Source of the DNA: an uncultured delta proteobacterium
GTDB lineage: Bacteria > Myxococcota > Myxococcia > Myxococcales > Anaeromyxobacteraceae
Direction of reading: 5' to 3'
Assembly (NCBI GenBank): GCA_963821195.1
Contig: CAWGDE010000023.1
Coordinates: 99,806-163,805, forward strand
DNA: 64,000 nucleotides
Shown here: piece after piece, positions 54,174 through 64,000 of the stretch
How positions within the stretch are numbered: the first letter of the stretch is position 1
Layout: every line of letters begins with the position of its first letter
Notes under the pieces: generated by a model
Databases searched by the model: none
What the model was told of the DNA's origin: nothing
The model's input: the letters and a program-made list of their open reading frames with translations, nothing else
Program-made: the position numbers and the translations under genes

Positions 54174-55580
54174 ATGACACAGGACCCAGAGCGTTCCCAC
54201 GAGGAACCGAGCGCGGCCAACGCGGACCTCATCGATTGGGCGCTGCTGCGAGGATGGGTGCATCTGGCAATCGGCGCGCCGCGCCGGCACCGGGTGCTCG
54301 CCCTCGCGTGCCTCGTGGCGGTGGTCGGTGCCGCCGGCGCCTCGCTGAAGGTGCTCCCGAAGCGGTTCCAGGTGAAGGCGGCGGTGCTCGCGCAGCCCAA
54401 TCCCCTCCGCCTCGACGTCAACCCCTACGACGCCCCCACGCGCGCCGCACGGGAGGTCGTGCTTCGGCGCGAGAACCTGGTCGCGCTGCTCAAGACCACG
54501 AACTTCGTCGAGCGGTACGTGCAGATGCGGTCGCCTGCGGCGCGCGCGCGCGATTGGCTTTTCGCGCGGCTCGGGCGCACGCGGACGCACCAGCAACTCG
54601 TCGACGACCTCGCCGACTCGCTCGAGGACCGGCTGTGGGTCAACGCGTCGCCGGCGGCGGGCACGATCGAGTTCGGGTTCGAGTGGTCGAATCCCGAGCT
54701 CACCTACGACGTCGTCGAGGGGGCGATCCAGAGCTTCCTCGAGGCGCGGCACACGTCGGAGATCGGAAGCCTCGGCGAGACGATCGCGATCCTGGAGGAC
54801 CATGCGTCGCGGTTCAACGCGGAGATCGTGGAGAGGACGAAGCAGGTCGAGGCGCTCGAGCAGGAGGCGCGCAGGAAGACGCCACGCGGCACGGTCTCGC
54901 GCCCTCGCGTCGCCCTGTCGGCAAGCGCCCTGGAGATCGAGGAGCGCCTCTCCGCGAAGCGGCGGACTCTCGCGGAGCTCGAGGAGTATCGTCGCCGCCG
55001 GGTGGCGGAGCTCCAGTCGCAGCTCCTCCAGCAGGAGTCGATGTACGCGGAGCAGCACCCGATCGTCGTCGCCACCCGCAGGAGCCTCGATGCGCTCGCC
55101 TCGCCGTCACCGCAGCTCGAGTCGCTGCGCAGCGAAGTGTCAGGGCTGGAGCGTGAGGCCATGAGGAGGGGGCTCGGTCCCCCCCCTCCCCGCGAGACGC
55201 TGCCCTCGATGGTGACGGACCTCGGCCTCTCGAGCCTCCACGACGACCCGACCCTCGAGTACGAGCGGAACGAGCTCTACATGCTGATCCGGCAGCGCTC
55301 CGCGCTCCTCGAGCAGATCGACAGGGCGAGGCTGGAGCTCGACACCGCCCGGGCCGGCTTCAAGTACCGGTACACCGTCGTCACCCCGCCGCAGATACCG
55401 AAGGGGCCGATCAAACCCAGTCCCCTGAAGCTCATGCTGATGGCGCTTGCGGGCGGACTCGCGCTCGCCGTATTCGCGAGCGTCGCGGCGGACCTCCGGT
55501 CGGGCCGGATCCTCGAACGCTGTCAGGTCGAGCAGGGGCTCGACGTCCCGGTGCTCGCCGTCTTGCGCGAGCGTCCATGA
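54174..55580 (+). CDS. Polysaccharide co-polymerase / chain-length determinant (no kinase domain)
   Basis: Two TM segments flanking a coiled coil; YAEQHPIVV; YTVVTPPQIPKGPIKP. Confidence 0.8.
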   Translation: MTQDPERSHEEPSAANADLIDWALLRGWVHLAIGAPRRHRVLALACLVAVVGAAGASLKVLPKRFQVKAAVLAQPNPLRLDVNPYDAPTRAAREVVLRRENLVALLKTTNFVERYVQMRSPAARARDWLFARLGRTRTHQQLVDDLADSLEDRLWVNASPAAGTIEFGFEWSNPELTYDVVEGAIQSFLEARHTSEIGSLGETIAILEDHASRFNAEIVERTKQVEALEQEARRKTPRGTVSRPRVALSASALEIEERLSAKRRTLAELEEYRRRRVAELQSQLLQQESMYAEQHPIVVATRRSLDALASPSPQLESLRSEVSGLEREAMRRGLGPPPPRETLPSMVTDLGLSSLHDDPTLEYERNELYMLIRQRSALLEQIDRARLELDTARAGFKYRYTVVTPPQIPKGPIKPSPLKLMLMALAGGLALAVFASVAADLRSGRILERCQVEQGLDVPVLAVLRERP

Positions 55581-57145
55581 GCGCCGACGCCGCCGCAGCG
55601 GCCCCGGCTGACGCGACGGCCCGGGGCGGGGCGGGCTCTCTCGCACTCCTCGTCGGCGGCGTTGGCGCCGCCACCGTCGCGGGTGTCGTCTTGGGTGGAG
55701 GATCGCCGGCGCTCGCGCTCGGGCCGGTGCTCGCGGTGGCGGCCGCGTACGTCCTGGTCAAGGCCCCGGTGCGAACGTCCACCTCCGTCCTGCTGTTCGT
55801 CCTCCTCGCCCTCGAGGTGAACACGGACGCGGGGGGGATGTGGCACACCCCGCTCTCCGCGCTGGGCGATCTCCTCACGGACAACCTCGAGGTGACGCTG
55901 CGCATGCCCGGGGTGAAGCTGTCCGGCGTCGACGTGGTCGTTCTGGTGCTCCTCGGCGTCTGCGCCCTTCGCAAGCTCGCCGGCTCCGACATCGGCTCCG
56001 CCGGGCAGGTTCAGACCGCGGCGATGATGCGCGGCGCGGTGCTGCTCTACGTCGCCAGCGTCGCGTGGGCGTTCGGAAACGGGCTCGCCACCGGCGGGAC
56101 CCTCGCCATCTGGCAGCTCCGGAGGCTGCTCCACGTCCCCTTCTTCTTCGCCGTGTTCGCGGTCGCGTTCCGCGGCCCCGCCGACCACGCCCTCCTCGGC
56201 CGCATCGTGGTGGCGGCGGCGTGCGTCAAGGCCGCGCTGGCCGTGGCGGTGCAGCGAATCGCCATCGCCGAGACGGGAGGGAAGCTCGCCTACGCCACGA
56301 ACCACGGCGACTCGATCCTCCTCTCGCTCGCCATCCTCATCGTCCTGGTCGATCTCGTGCAGCGCCCACGACGGGGAGCGCGGCTGGCGCAGGCGGTGGT
56401 TCTTCTCGCGCTCCTGCTCGTGGGGTCCCGCGAGAACGGTCGTCGCCTCGTGTGGGTGCAGCTCGCGATGAGCGTGGGGGTCGTGTATCTCCTCTCGCCG
56501 CCGGCGCGCTGGAAGCGGACGATCGCGCGTGCGGTCGTCGTCGGTTCGCCGGTGGCGTTGCTCTACTTCGCCGCCGGCTGGAATTCGAGCAGCGGCGTCT
56601 TCGCGCCGGTACAGACGCTCCGCAGCGTCGTGGACGGCAGCACCGACCGCTCCACCCTGTGGCGCGACGTCGAGAACTGGAACATCTGCATGTCCCTCCG
56701 CGAGCGGCCGTTCCTCGGAATCGGGCTCGGGAAGGAGTACACGGAACACACCGAGAACGCGGACATCTCGGTGTTCTACTCGGACTACCGCTTCTGGCCG
56801 CACAACTCGACCCTCGGGCTGCTCCTCTTCACGGGGATCGCCGGGTACACCGGTATTTCCGTGCTGCTCGCTGCAGTGGTGTTCCTCGGCGCGCGCTCGC
56901 TCCGGCTCGCGTCCCGGCCAATCGACCGGACGGCAGCGCTCTGCTGCATCGGCGCCGTCGTCATCTGCATGAGCCAGTCGTACGGCGATCTCGGCGCCTC
57001 CTTCACCCAGTACCGCGTGCTTCTCGGCCTCGCCGCCGCGGTCGCCGGGAAGCTCGCGGTCGCCACCGGCGCGTGGCCGGTGGCGCGGACGCCTCCACGC
57101 ACGGCCATCCAGGGCGGCGCGGCGACGGCGGGGAGCGCCGCGTGA
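55577..57145 (+). CDS. Wzy-like polymerase / O-antigen ligase family membrane protein
   Basis: About 12 TM segments; ENGRR, STLWRDVENWN, PFLGIGLG, PHNSTLG. Confidence 0.78.
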   Translation: MSADAAAAAPADATARGGAGSLALLVGGVGAATVAGVVLGGGSPALALGPVLAVAAAYVLVKAPVRTSTSVLLFVLLALEVNTDAGGMWHTPLSALGDLLTDNLEVTLRMPGVKLSGVDVVVLVLLGVCALRKLAGSDIGSAGQVQTAAMMRGAVLLYVASVAWAFGNGLATGGTLAIWQLRRLLHVPFFFAVFAVAFRGPADHALLGRIVVAAACVKAALAVAVQRIAIAETGGKLAYATNHGDSILLSLAILIVLVDLVQRPRRGARLAQAVVLLALLLVGSRENGRRLVWVQLAMSVGVVYLLSPPARWKRTIARAVVVGSPVALLYFAAGWNSSSGVFAPVQTLRSVVDGSTDRSTLWRDVENWNICMSLRERPFLGIGLGKEYTEHTENADISVFYSDYRFWPHNSTLGLLLFTGIAGYTGISVLLAAVVFLGARSLRLASRPIDRTAALCCIGAVVICMSQSYGDLGASFTQYRVLLGLAAAVAGKLAVATGAWPVARTPPRTAIQGGAATAGSAA

Positions 57146-57993
57146 CGGGAGCCCGCGTCCGGTTCGGGGGGCTGTGGGTGGACGCGGTCACCAGCGCGGA
57201 GGCCCTCTCGCGCATCGAGGAGCTCGTCGACGCGAGGCACGGGGGCTCGGTCTTCACACCCAACGTGGACCACGTGGTCCTCGCCGAATCCGACCCGGTG
57301 TTCCGAGACGCGTACGCCAGGACGGAGCTCTCGCTCTGCGACGGCCAGCCGCTGCGGTGGGCCTCGCGGCTCCTCGGCGTCCCGCTCGCGGAGCGCGTGT
57401 CCGGGGCCGATCTCTTCGTGCCGATCATGCGCCTGGCTGCGCGCCGTCGGTTCCGCGTGTACCTGTTCGGCGGCGGGCCGGGGGTCGCGGAGGAGTCGGC
57501 CCACCGGCTCTCCGCGGAGCTCGGCGTCCACGTGGTCGGCACCGGCTCGCCTCTCGTCGGTCTCCGACCCGGGCCCGACGAGGACGCCCACGTGGCCGAG
57601 ATCGCCGCGGCGCGTCCCGATCTCGTCGTCGTCCTGCTCGGCGCCCCCAAGGGCGAGCTGTGGATCGATCGCGTCCGCGAGCGTCTCGCGCCGGCGGTCG
57701 CCCTCCAGTTGGGCGCGAGCGCGGACTTCTTCCTCGGACGCATCCGACGTGCGCCGCGGTGGATGCAACGGGCCGGCGTCGAGTGGCTGTTCCGGCTGCT
57801 CCAGGAGCCGCGGCGGCTCGCGCATCGCTACCTGGTTCGGGACGTGCGGTTCGTCGCCATCCTCGCTCGCACGCTGCTCGATCGGAGGGCACCGCGCGCG
57901 CTGCCGCCTGGCGCGGTTCGTCCCGCAGCGCCCGCCATCGGGGATGAGCCCCGCCTTCGCGAGGGAGCGGCGGACGACCGGCGAGCTGGCTGA
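57142..57993 (+). CDS. WecG/TagA/CpsF-family glycosyltransferase (GT26)
   Basis: TPNVDH, CDGQPL, ERVSGADL, LGAPKGE, RAPRWMQRAGVEWLFRLLQEPRRL. Confidence 0.9.
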   Translation: MTGARVRFGGLWVDAVTSAEALSRIEELVDARHGGSVFTPNVDHVVLAESDPVFRDAYARTELSLCDGQPLRWASRLLGVPLAERVSGADLFVPIMRLAARRRFRVYLFGGGPGVAEESAHRLSAELGVHVVGTGSPLVGLRPGPDEDAHVAEIAAARPDLVVVLLGAPKGELWIDRVRERLAPAVALQLGASADFFLGRIRRAPRWMQRAGVEWLFRLLQEPRRLAHRYLVRDVRFVAILARTLLDRRAPRALPPGAVRPAAPAIGDEPRLREGAADDRRAG

Positions 57994-58050
57994 GCTTCGG
58001 CGGGTCCGGCCTCCACTCGCCGACCGCAGCGCCGCCGCTTCCGCGTCTGG

Positions 58051-60108
58051 CTACGGCGCTCCGGCGGCCCAGCGGTCGTAGGCGGGCAGCACCTTCACCC
58101 GATCCGCGGCGGTCGCCCCGGTCGGCTCGACCCACGGCCATGCGTTGCCCCCGAAGAACGCCGGCTTCGTGGTGAGGTACAGGCTCGCCGGGAGGGCGTG
58201 GTCCGGCTGGCTCGGATCCCACGAGATCGCTCCGGCGACGTTGTCGTAGTTTCCGTGCCGGAAGAGCTGCGCGTATGTGGAGTCGGGCGCCGTCGGGTCC
58301 TCGTACCGGCTCTTGTCGTCGCTGCCCTGATACGAGTTCGGGCTCTGGCCGATGCGCCACACCGCGGTCGTGCCCGACGGGACGGACGTGGGCCCGTAGT
58401 ACCAGTCGTACCTGAACCCCACCCCCGCGGTCCCGACGACGTTCCCGACGACGCTCATGTACCGCGAGTGCGCGAAGAAGCAGATCCCGGACGCGTTTCC
58501 CTCGAGGCCCGACACGCCGCTCTGCGTCCCGGGCAGGTAGTTACGGAACACCGTCATCCACCCTTGGTTGCCCCAGACGTTCTCCGTCGAGGCGTTCGCA
58601 GAGAGGTTCCCCTCCGCGAGATCGAAGTGCGGGAAGGAAGCGTGCCCGAAGTCGATGGTCGTCTCTTGCCACCCCGTCCCGTCGATGCCCCAGTCGATGA
58701 AGTTGTAGCCGATGACGTTCCCGCCGCCGGTCGCAGCGAGGAGGAGCAGCTTGTTGGCGTGGCGGACGACGTTGTTCTCGACGAGAGACTCCGACGTGTG
58801 GTTCCGCAGGCGCACGTGATATCCGTCGCCACCGTGCACGTACTGCCACGCATCGTGGATGTAGCTGTCTCGCAGCACGCAGCGGAAGCACCCGACGAGA
58901 TCAACCGCCAGCCCCTTCCAAGACGCCCGCGCCAGCTCCACGTTCTTGATCCACGAGTTCCGCGCGTTGTTGAAGTAGAAGAAGCCGTTGCCGTTGCCCG
59001 CGGGCGAGCCCGACGCCTGGACGTACAGGTCCTCGATGCCGGTGTATGCGGCCGGGCCACCGAACCGGTAGACGAGGGGCTGCATCGCGGCCGTGTACGC
59101 GAAGTGAACCGGGGCGCCCGCGCCGGTGACCGGATCGTAAACCGTCAGGACGTTCCCGCTCTTCGCGACGACCTCCGTGATCTGCCCGATGCTGCGCCCG
59201 GCGTTGAAGAACCCATAGCTGTCCGGGAGCGGATTGAACACGACGCCCCCGCTGCCGGCGTCGGTGCCGTCGATCATGATCATGTCGCCGACGTTGAAGG
59301 TCGAGGCGTTCGCGACTGGGATCTGGGTTGCGCCGTGCGCGACCCCCGCGTAGGTGGCGCCGCCGTCCGTCGACACCTTCACGCCGGAGCCGCTGCCGTT
59401 CCCCTGAACGCTGAAGCCGTAGGCCGTGCTGCTGTTCCCCACGATCGTGAGCCGAGTGCCGTTCGCTCCACGGCCTGCTCCGCGCAGCACGACGCCGCTC
59501 GGGATCTTGAGCCCCCAGCCGCTCGTCCCGGTGATGTCGACCGTCCAGGACCCGGCCGCGAGCTGCACGACCTGGCCCTGCGGGCACGCGTTGAGCGCGG
59601 TCTGGATCTGGGACGCCGTCGAGCCGGCCGCGACGGTCTTGCAGATGGTCGTCCGCACCGGCAGCCGGGTGCTCGGGTCGAGGGGCTGGCCGAGCACCGC
59701 GTCCGCGGTGGGCCCCGGATTCCACACCGTCTTCCGGTCGGGCGAGAGCGATGCGATGTCCGTGCTGGAGGGCGGGGCGACCGTCACGGTCCCGACGCCG
59801 ACCTTGCTCGGATCGGCCACCGACGCCGCGGAGACGTGGAACACGCCGGGGCTCCCCGGAGCCACGTAGCGGCCGGAGGCGTCCACGGTTCCTCCGACGC
59901 CCTCCGACACCGTCCAGACCACGGCGGTGTTCGCGGTGCCCGTCACCGTCGCCGCGAACGGGACGGATCCGCCCGGGATCGTCGACACGGACGCCGGCGC
60001 GACCGAGACCTGAACCGTCTGCATGTCGCCGGAAGCGCCCGCGCCCTCCGATCCGCAGCCGCCGAGGACGATCGCGAGGGCAATGGTGCCGATTCCGTTC
60101 CACGTCAT
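58051..60108 (-). CDS. Lipoprotein with Ig-like domain and parallel beta-helix (pectin-lyase-like) domain
   Basis: Lipobox LGGC; Ig module VSVAPASV...GTVTV; IQTALNACPQGQVVQLAAG, VVLRGAG, repeated xxENN strands. Confidence 0.7.
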   Translation of the reverse strand: MTWNGIGTIALAIVLGGCGSEGAGASGDMQTVQVSVAPASVSTIPGGSVPFAATVTGTANTAVVWTVSEGVGGTVDASGRYVAPGSPGVFHVSAASVADPSKVGVGTVTVAPPSSTDIASLSPDRKTVWNPGPTADAVLGQPLDPSTRLPVRTTICKTVAAGSTASQIQTALNACPQGQVVQLAAGSWTVDITGTSGWGLKIPSGVVLRGAGRGANGTRLTIVGNSSTAYGFSVQGNGSGSGVKVSTDGGATYAGVAHGATQIPVANASTFNVGDMIMIDGTDAGSGGVVFNPLPDSYGFFNAGRSIGQITEVVAKSGNVLTVYDPVTGAGAPVHFAYTAAMQPLVYRFGGPAAYTGIEDLYVQASGSPAGNGNGFFYFNNARNSWIKNVELARASWKGLAVDLVGCFRCVLRDSYIHDAWQYVHGGDGYHVRLRNHTSESLVENNVVRHANKLLLLAATGGGNVIGYNFIDWGIDGTGWQETTIDFGHASFPHFDLAEGNLSANASTENVWGNQGWMTVFRNYLPGTQSGVSGLEGNASGICFFAHSRYMSVVGNVVGTAGVGFRYDWYYGPTSVPSGTTAVWRIGQSPNSYQGSDDKSRYEDPTAPDSTYAQLFRHGNYDNVAGAISWDPSQPDHALPASLYLTTKPAFFGGNAWPWVEPTGATAADRVKVLPAYDRWAAGAP

Positions 60109-60303
60109 TCTTCGTCTCCCGGTGGTCGCGCGTCCCGAGGCCCGACGTCACTCGATCTCGGGGTGGCACGCGAAACTGCGGTCAGAATGAAGTACGATCA
60201 ATCGAGTGTCCAGGGGGCGAGCCCTCGAGATTCGTTCCGCCCTCCGAGGCACCAAGCCTTCGTAGCGATGCGACTTTTACTCCACGGTACGGAACGGACG
60301 CAC

Positions 60304-61626
60304 ATGATCGAGACGCTCGCTCGCATCAAGGATCGCTCTGCGCGGATCGGGGTCATCGGGCAGGGCTACGTCGGGCTGCCGCTCGCCCTCGTGTTCGCGG
60401 AGGCCGGGTTCCGGGTGACGGGGTTCGACGTCGACCCGAAGAAGGTCGAGGCGCTCGGGCGCGGAGACTCGTACATCAAGCACATCGGCCCGCAGCGCGT
60501 CGCGGCCGCGGCCGCGAGCGGGCGGTTCCGGGCGACGACCGACTTCGACGGGCTCGCGGCCTGCGACGCCGTCCTCATCTGCGTCCCGACGCCGCTCGGG
60601 TCGCACCGCGAGCCGGACAACTCGTACATCCACTCGACCGCGCGCGAGATCGCGCGACGGCTCCGGCCCGGCCAGCTCGTCGTCCTCGAGTCGACCACCT
60701 ACCCGGGCACCACCGACGAGGAGGTCCAGTCCATCCTCGCCGCCTCCGGCCTCCGAACGCCGGGGGACTACTTCCTCGCGTTCTCGCCGGAGCGCGAGGA
60801 TCCCGGCAACGAGCGCTTCTCCACGAAGTCGATCCCGAAGATCGTCGGTGGCGTGAACGCGGCGTCCACCGAGATGGCGGCCGCGCTGTACGGCGCGGCG
60901 CTCGACCGCGTCGTCGCGGTCTCGTCGGCGCGCGTGGCGGAGTCCGCGAAGCTCCTCGAGAACGTCTTCCGATCCGTGAACATCGCGCTCGTGAACGAGC
61001 TCAAGGTCCTGCTCGATCGGATGGGGATCGACGTCTGGGAGGTCATCGAGGCGGCGAAGACGAAGCCCTTCGGCTTCATGCCGTTCTACCCGGGGCCGGG
61101 GCTCGGAGGACACTGCATCCCGCTCGACCCCTTCTACCTGTCCTGGAAGGCCGCAGAGCATGGCGAGTGGGCGCGCTTCATCGAGCTCGCGGGAGAGATC
61201 AACACGCGAATGCCCGAGTACGTGGTCGATCGGGTGATGCACGCGCTGAACGAGGACGCGAAGCCACTGAACGGGTCGAGGGTGCTGGTGCTCGGGCTCG
61301 CCTACAAGGCGAACATCGACGACGACCGGGAGTCGCCCTCCTACGAGATCATCGAGCTGCTGCAGGAGCGGCGGGCCCGGGTCGACTACTGCGACCCGTT
61401 CTTCCCGACCGCGAAGAAGACGCGGCGACACGACGTCGGCCTCGCCTCGATCCCCTGCACTGCGGAGGCCTTCGCGCCCTACGACGCGGTCGTCGTGGCA
61501 ACCGCCCATGATGCGTTCAAGGACGCCGCGCTCTACACCGGCGTGAAGCTCGTCGTGGACTCCCGCAACCTGGTCGCGCCGCTGTTTCGCGGAACGGAGG
61601 GCGGCCCGCGGATCGTGAAGGCCTGA
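60304..61626 (+). CDS. UDP-N-acetylhexosamine 6-dehydrogenase (WbpA/WecC family)
   Basis: GQGYVGLPLA, ICVPTP, LESTTYPGTT, SPEREDPG, GGHCIPLDP, GLAYKANIDDDRESP. Confidence 0.9.
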   Translation: MIETLARIKDRSARIGVIGQGYVGLPLALVFAEAGFRVTGFDVDPKKVEALGRGDSYIKHIGPQRVAAAAASGRFRATTDFDGLAACDAVLICVPTPLGSHREPDNSYIHSTAREIARRLRPGQLVVLESTTYPGTTDEEVQSILAASGLRTPGDYFLAFSPEREDPGNERFSTKSIPKIVGGVNAASTEMAAALYGAALDRVVAVSSARVAESAKLLENVFRSVNIALVNELKVLLDRMGIDVWEVIEAAKTKPFGFMPFYPGPGLGGHCIPLDPFYLSWKAAEHGEWARFIELAGEINTRMPEYVVDRVMHALNEDAKPLNGSRVLVLGLAYKANIDDDRESPSYEIIELLQERRARVDYCDPFFPTAKKTRRHDVGLASIPCTAEAFAPYDAVVVATAHDAFKDAALYTGVKLVVDSRNLVAPLFRGTEGGPRIVKA

Positions 61627-61881
61627 GCGGCGCGGAGTGGCAGCGGTCCGGCCGACTCCGGTACGTCGCGACACGGGGCCAAAGCGGGCGGAGCGGCGAA
61701 GACGCGCGCGCCTGCGTCGTACCGAGACGACCGCAGACCTCCGGGGGTCCCGGATTCACGGGACATCGCGCGTCGGGCGTGCCCCATCCGCCTTCCGCTG
61801 GGTCGCGGAAGGTCGTGATAGCTTCCCTCCTCGCGCGTGAGCGCATGCGCCGCGGAGCCTCGCGGCCGGGGGTGTTCCGAC

Positions 61882-62865
61882 ATGGTCGATCTCAGCGGCG
61901 CGCGCGTCCTCATCACGGGAGGAGCGGGCTTCATCGGCTCTCACATCACCGATCTGCTCGTCGATCGCGAGCGCGTTCGCGAGGTCGTGCTCGTCGACAA
62001 CCTGCTGCGCGGGTCCCGGCGCAACGTCGAGCCGGCGCTGGCGACGGGAAGGGTGACGCTCGTGGAGGGCGACATCCGGGACCGCGCCCTGCTCGATCGC
62101 CTGCTCGACGGCATCGACCTGTGCTTTCACATGGCCGCGCTCCGCATCACCCGCTGCGCCGAGAACCCACGGGAGGCGCTCGAGGTCATGTACGACGGGA
62201 CCTTCAACGTCGCGGAGGCTTGCGTCAAGCACCGCGTGAAGAAGCTCGTCGCCGCATCGTCCGCCTCGGTCCTCGGAACCGCGTCGAGCTTCCCCACCAC
62301 GGAGGAGCACCATCCGTACAACAACCGGACCCTCTACGGCGCGGCGAAGGCGGCGAACGAGCACATGTACCGGGCCTTCAACGACATGTACGGGCTGCGG
62401 TACGCGGCCATGCGGTACTTCAACGTGTACGGGCCGCGAATGGACCGCGAGGGCAAGTACACGGAGGTCCTGATCCGCTGGTACGACCGGATCAAGCGCG
62501 GCGAGCGTCCGCTCATCTTCGGTCCCGGCGACCAGACGATGGACTTCGTCTACGTCGAGGACGTCGCGCGCGCCAACGTCCTCGCCATGAAGAGCGACGT
62601 CTCGGACGACGTGTTCAACGTGGCGAGCGGTGTCGAGACCTCGCTCCGGCAGCTCTGCGACGTGCTCCTCCGCGCCATGGGCTCCGACCTCGCACCCCAG
62701 CACGTCCCGCTGCCGGCGGAGCGGAAGGCGGTGGAGGTGACCCGCCGGCTCGCCGACACGACGAAGGCGGCCCGGCTCGTCGGATTCCGCGCGGAGGTCG
62801 GGCTCGAGGAAGGGATGCGGCGGCTCGTCCGGTGGCTGGACGCGTACGGGGAGACGGTCCGGTGA
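61882..62865 (+). CDS. NAD-dependent nucleotide-sugar epimerase/dehydratase
   Basis: TGGAGFIGSH, YGAAK, RYFNVYGPR. Confidence 0.9.
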   Translation: MVDLSGARVLITGGAGFIGSHITDLLVDRERVREVVLVDNLLRGSRRNVEPALATGRVTLVEGDIRDRALLDRLLDGIDLCFHMAALRITRCAENPREALEVMYDGTFNVAEACVKHRVKKLVAASSASVLGTASSFPTTEEHHPYNNRTLYGAAKAANEHMYRAFNDMYGLRYAAMRYFNVYGPRMDREGKYTEVLIRWYDRIKRGERPLIFGPGDQTMDFVYVEDVARANVLAMKSDVSDDVFNVASGVETSLRQLCDVLLRAMGSDLAPQHVPLPAERKAVEVTRRLADTTKAARLVGFRAEVGLEEGMRRLVRWLDAYGETVR

Positions 62866-64000
62866 GCGCGAAGCCCGGCCGGCCGATGATCCCGATCGCG
62901 AGGCCCGTGATGGGCGAGGCGGAGGTCGAGGCCGCGGCGCGCGCGATCCGCTCCGGCTGGGTGACGCAAGGGCCCGAGGTCGCTGCCTTCGAGCGCGAGT
63001 TCGCCGCGTACGTCGGTGCGCCCCACGCCGTCGCGGTGTCGAGCGCCACGGCCGCGCTCCACCTCGCGCTGCTCGCCGTCGGCGTCGGCCCTGGCGACGA
63101 GGTGATCACGGTCAGCCACTCCTTCATCGCCACGGCGAACGTCGTCCGCTACTGCGGGGCGACTCCGGTGTTCGTGGACGTGCAGCCCGGGACGTTCAAC
63201 ATGGAGCCGGCGCGGATCGAGTGCGGTGATCGGCCCGCGAACCCGCGCGATCCTCTGCGTCCACCAGCTCGGGATGCCGTGCGATCTCGCTGCCATCCTC
63301 GAGCTCGCCCGACCGAGGGGCATCGCGGTCGTCGAGGACGCGGCGTGCGCGGCGGGGAGCGAGATCCGCCTCGGGATAGGGTGGGAGCGCATCGGGCGGC
63401 CGCACGGGGACCTGGCCTGCTTCTCGTTCCACCCGCGCAAGCTCGTGGCGACGGGCGACGGCGGCATGATCACGACCGGCGACTCGACCTGGGACGCCCG
63501 GCTGCGGCTCCTGCGCCAGCATGGGATGGGCGTCCCCGACACGACGCGCCACACCTCCGGGCAGGTCATCTTCGAGACGTACCCCGTCCTCGGCTTCAAC
63601 TACCGGATGACCGACATCCAGGCGGCGGTCGGGCGCGAGCAGCTGAAGCGGCTCCCGGGGATCCTGGAGCGGCGCCGCGCCCTCGCGCGGCGATACCTGG
63701 ACGCCCTCGCCGGCGTCGCGCACCTGCAGCTGCCCGTCGAGCCCGAGTGGGCCCGGACCAACTGGCAGAGCTTCTGCGTCCGCCTCGGAGAAGGGCTCGA
63801 CCAGCGTACGGTGATGCAGCAGCTCCTGGATCTGGGGATCTCGACCCGTCGCGGCGTGATGTGCGCCCACCGCGAGGACGCGTATCCGCCGGGCACCTGG
63901 AGCTGCCACCCCGCGGGCCGGGACTGCGCGTGCGCGCCCGGGACGTGCGCGCGCCTCGCAGAGAGCGAGCGCGCGCAGGACCGCGGGATCCTGCTCCCCC
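62862..64000 (+). CDS. DegT/DnrJ/EryC1/StrS aminotransferase, +1 frameshift near 63222, 3'-truncated by the window edge
   Basis: SGWVTQGPEV, SSATAALHLAL, EDAACAAG, FSFHPRK (PLP Lys), GFNYRMTDIQAA. Confidence 0.88.
   Translation, partial: MSAKPGRPMIPIARPVMGEAEVEAAARAIRSGWVTQGPEVAAFEREFAAYVGAPHAVAVSSATAALHLALLAVGVGPGDEVITVSHSFIATANVVRYCGATPVFVDVQPGTFNMEPARIECGDRPANPRDPLRPPARDAVRSRCHPRARPTEGHRGRRGRGVRGGERDPPRDRVGAHRAAARGPGLLLVPPAQARGDGRRRHDHDRRLDLGRPAAAPAPAWDGRPRHDAPHLRAGHLRDVPRPRLQLPDDRHPGGGRARAAEAAPGDPGAAPRPRAAIPGRPRRRRAPAAARRARVGPDQLAELLRPPRRRARPAYGDAAAPGSGDLDPSRRDVRPPRGRVSAGHLELPPRGPGLRVRARDVRAPRRERARAGPRDPAP

Noticed and set aside
60164-60180. TGGCACG...CTGC sigma54-like motif upstream of the sugar dehydrogenase
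   Set aside because: GG-to-GC spacing is 11 nt instead of the required 10; it would be valid only if one base is an insertion error.

Overview
Very GC-rich myxobacterial-type DNA, most like Anaeromyxobacter (inferred from gene content and codon bias). In order, the window holds: the 3' part of a respiratory nitrate reductase operon (narG-narH-narJ, then a single narI-narK fusion ORF); a PilZ protein; TetR-EmrB-EmrA efflux genes; an acyl-CoA synthetase, a quinone oxidoreductase and a leucine/isovalerate catabolism cluster with a divergent AraC regulator; 2-oxoacid:ferredoxin oxidoreductase; sdhCAB; pyruvate carboxylase; a CzcCBA-like RND metal efflux operon preceded by a His/Cys-rich small ORF; a Met/His-rich cytochrome c lipoprotein behind a sigma54-like promoter; two intact and one truncated hemerythrin; a large FAD/Fe-S oxidoreductase; and, from about 44 kb to the end, a Wzy-type exopolysaccharide locus with secreted glycan-processing proteins. 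Six conserved genes carry single +1 frameshifts, most likely sequencing errors. The most notable observations are the NarI-NarK fusion, a nested-hairpin palindromic element inserted in frame in narH, and a candidate metal-sensing arrest leader peptide upstream of the RND operon. All calls come from motif recognition only; no database searches were run.
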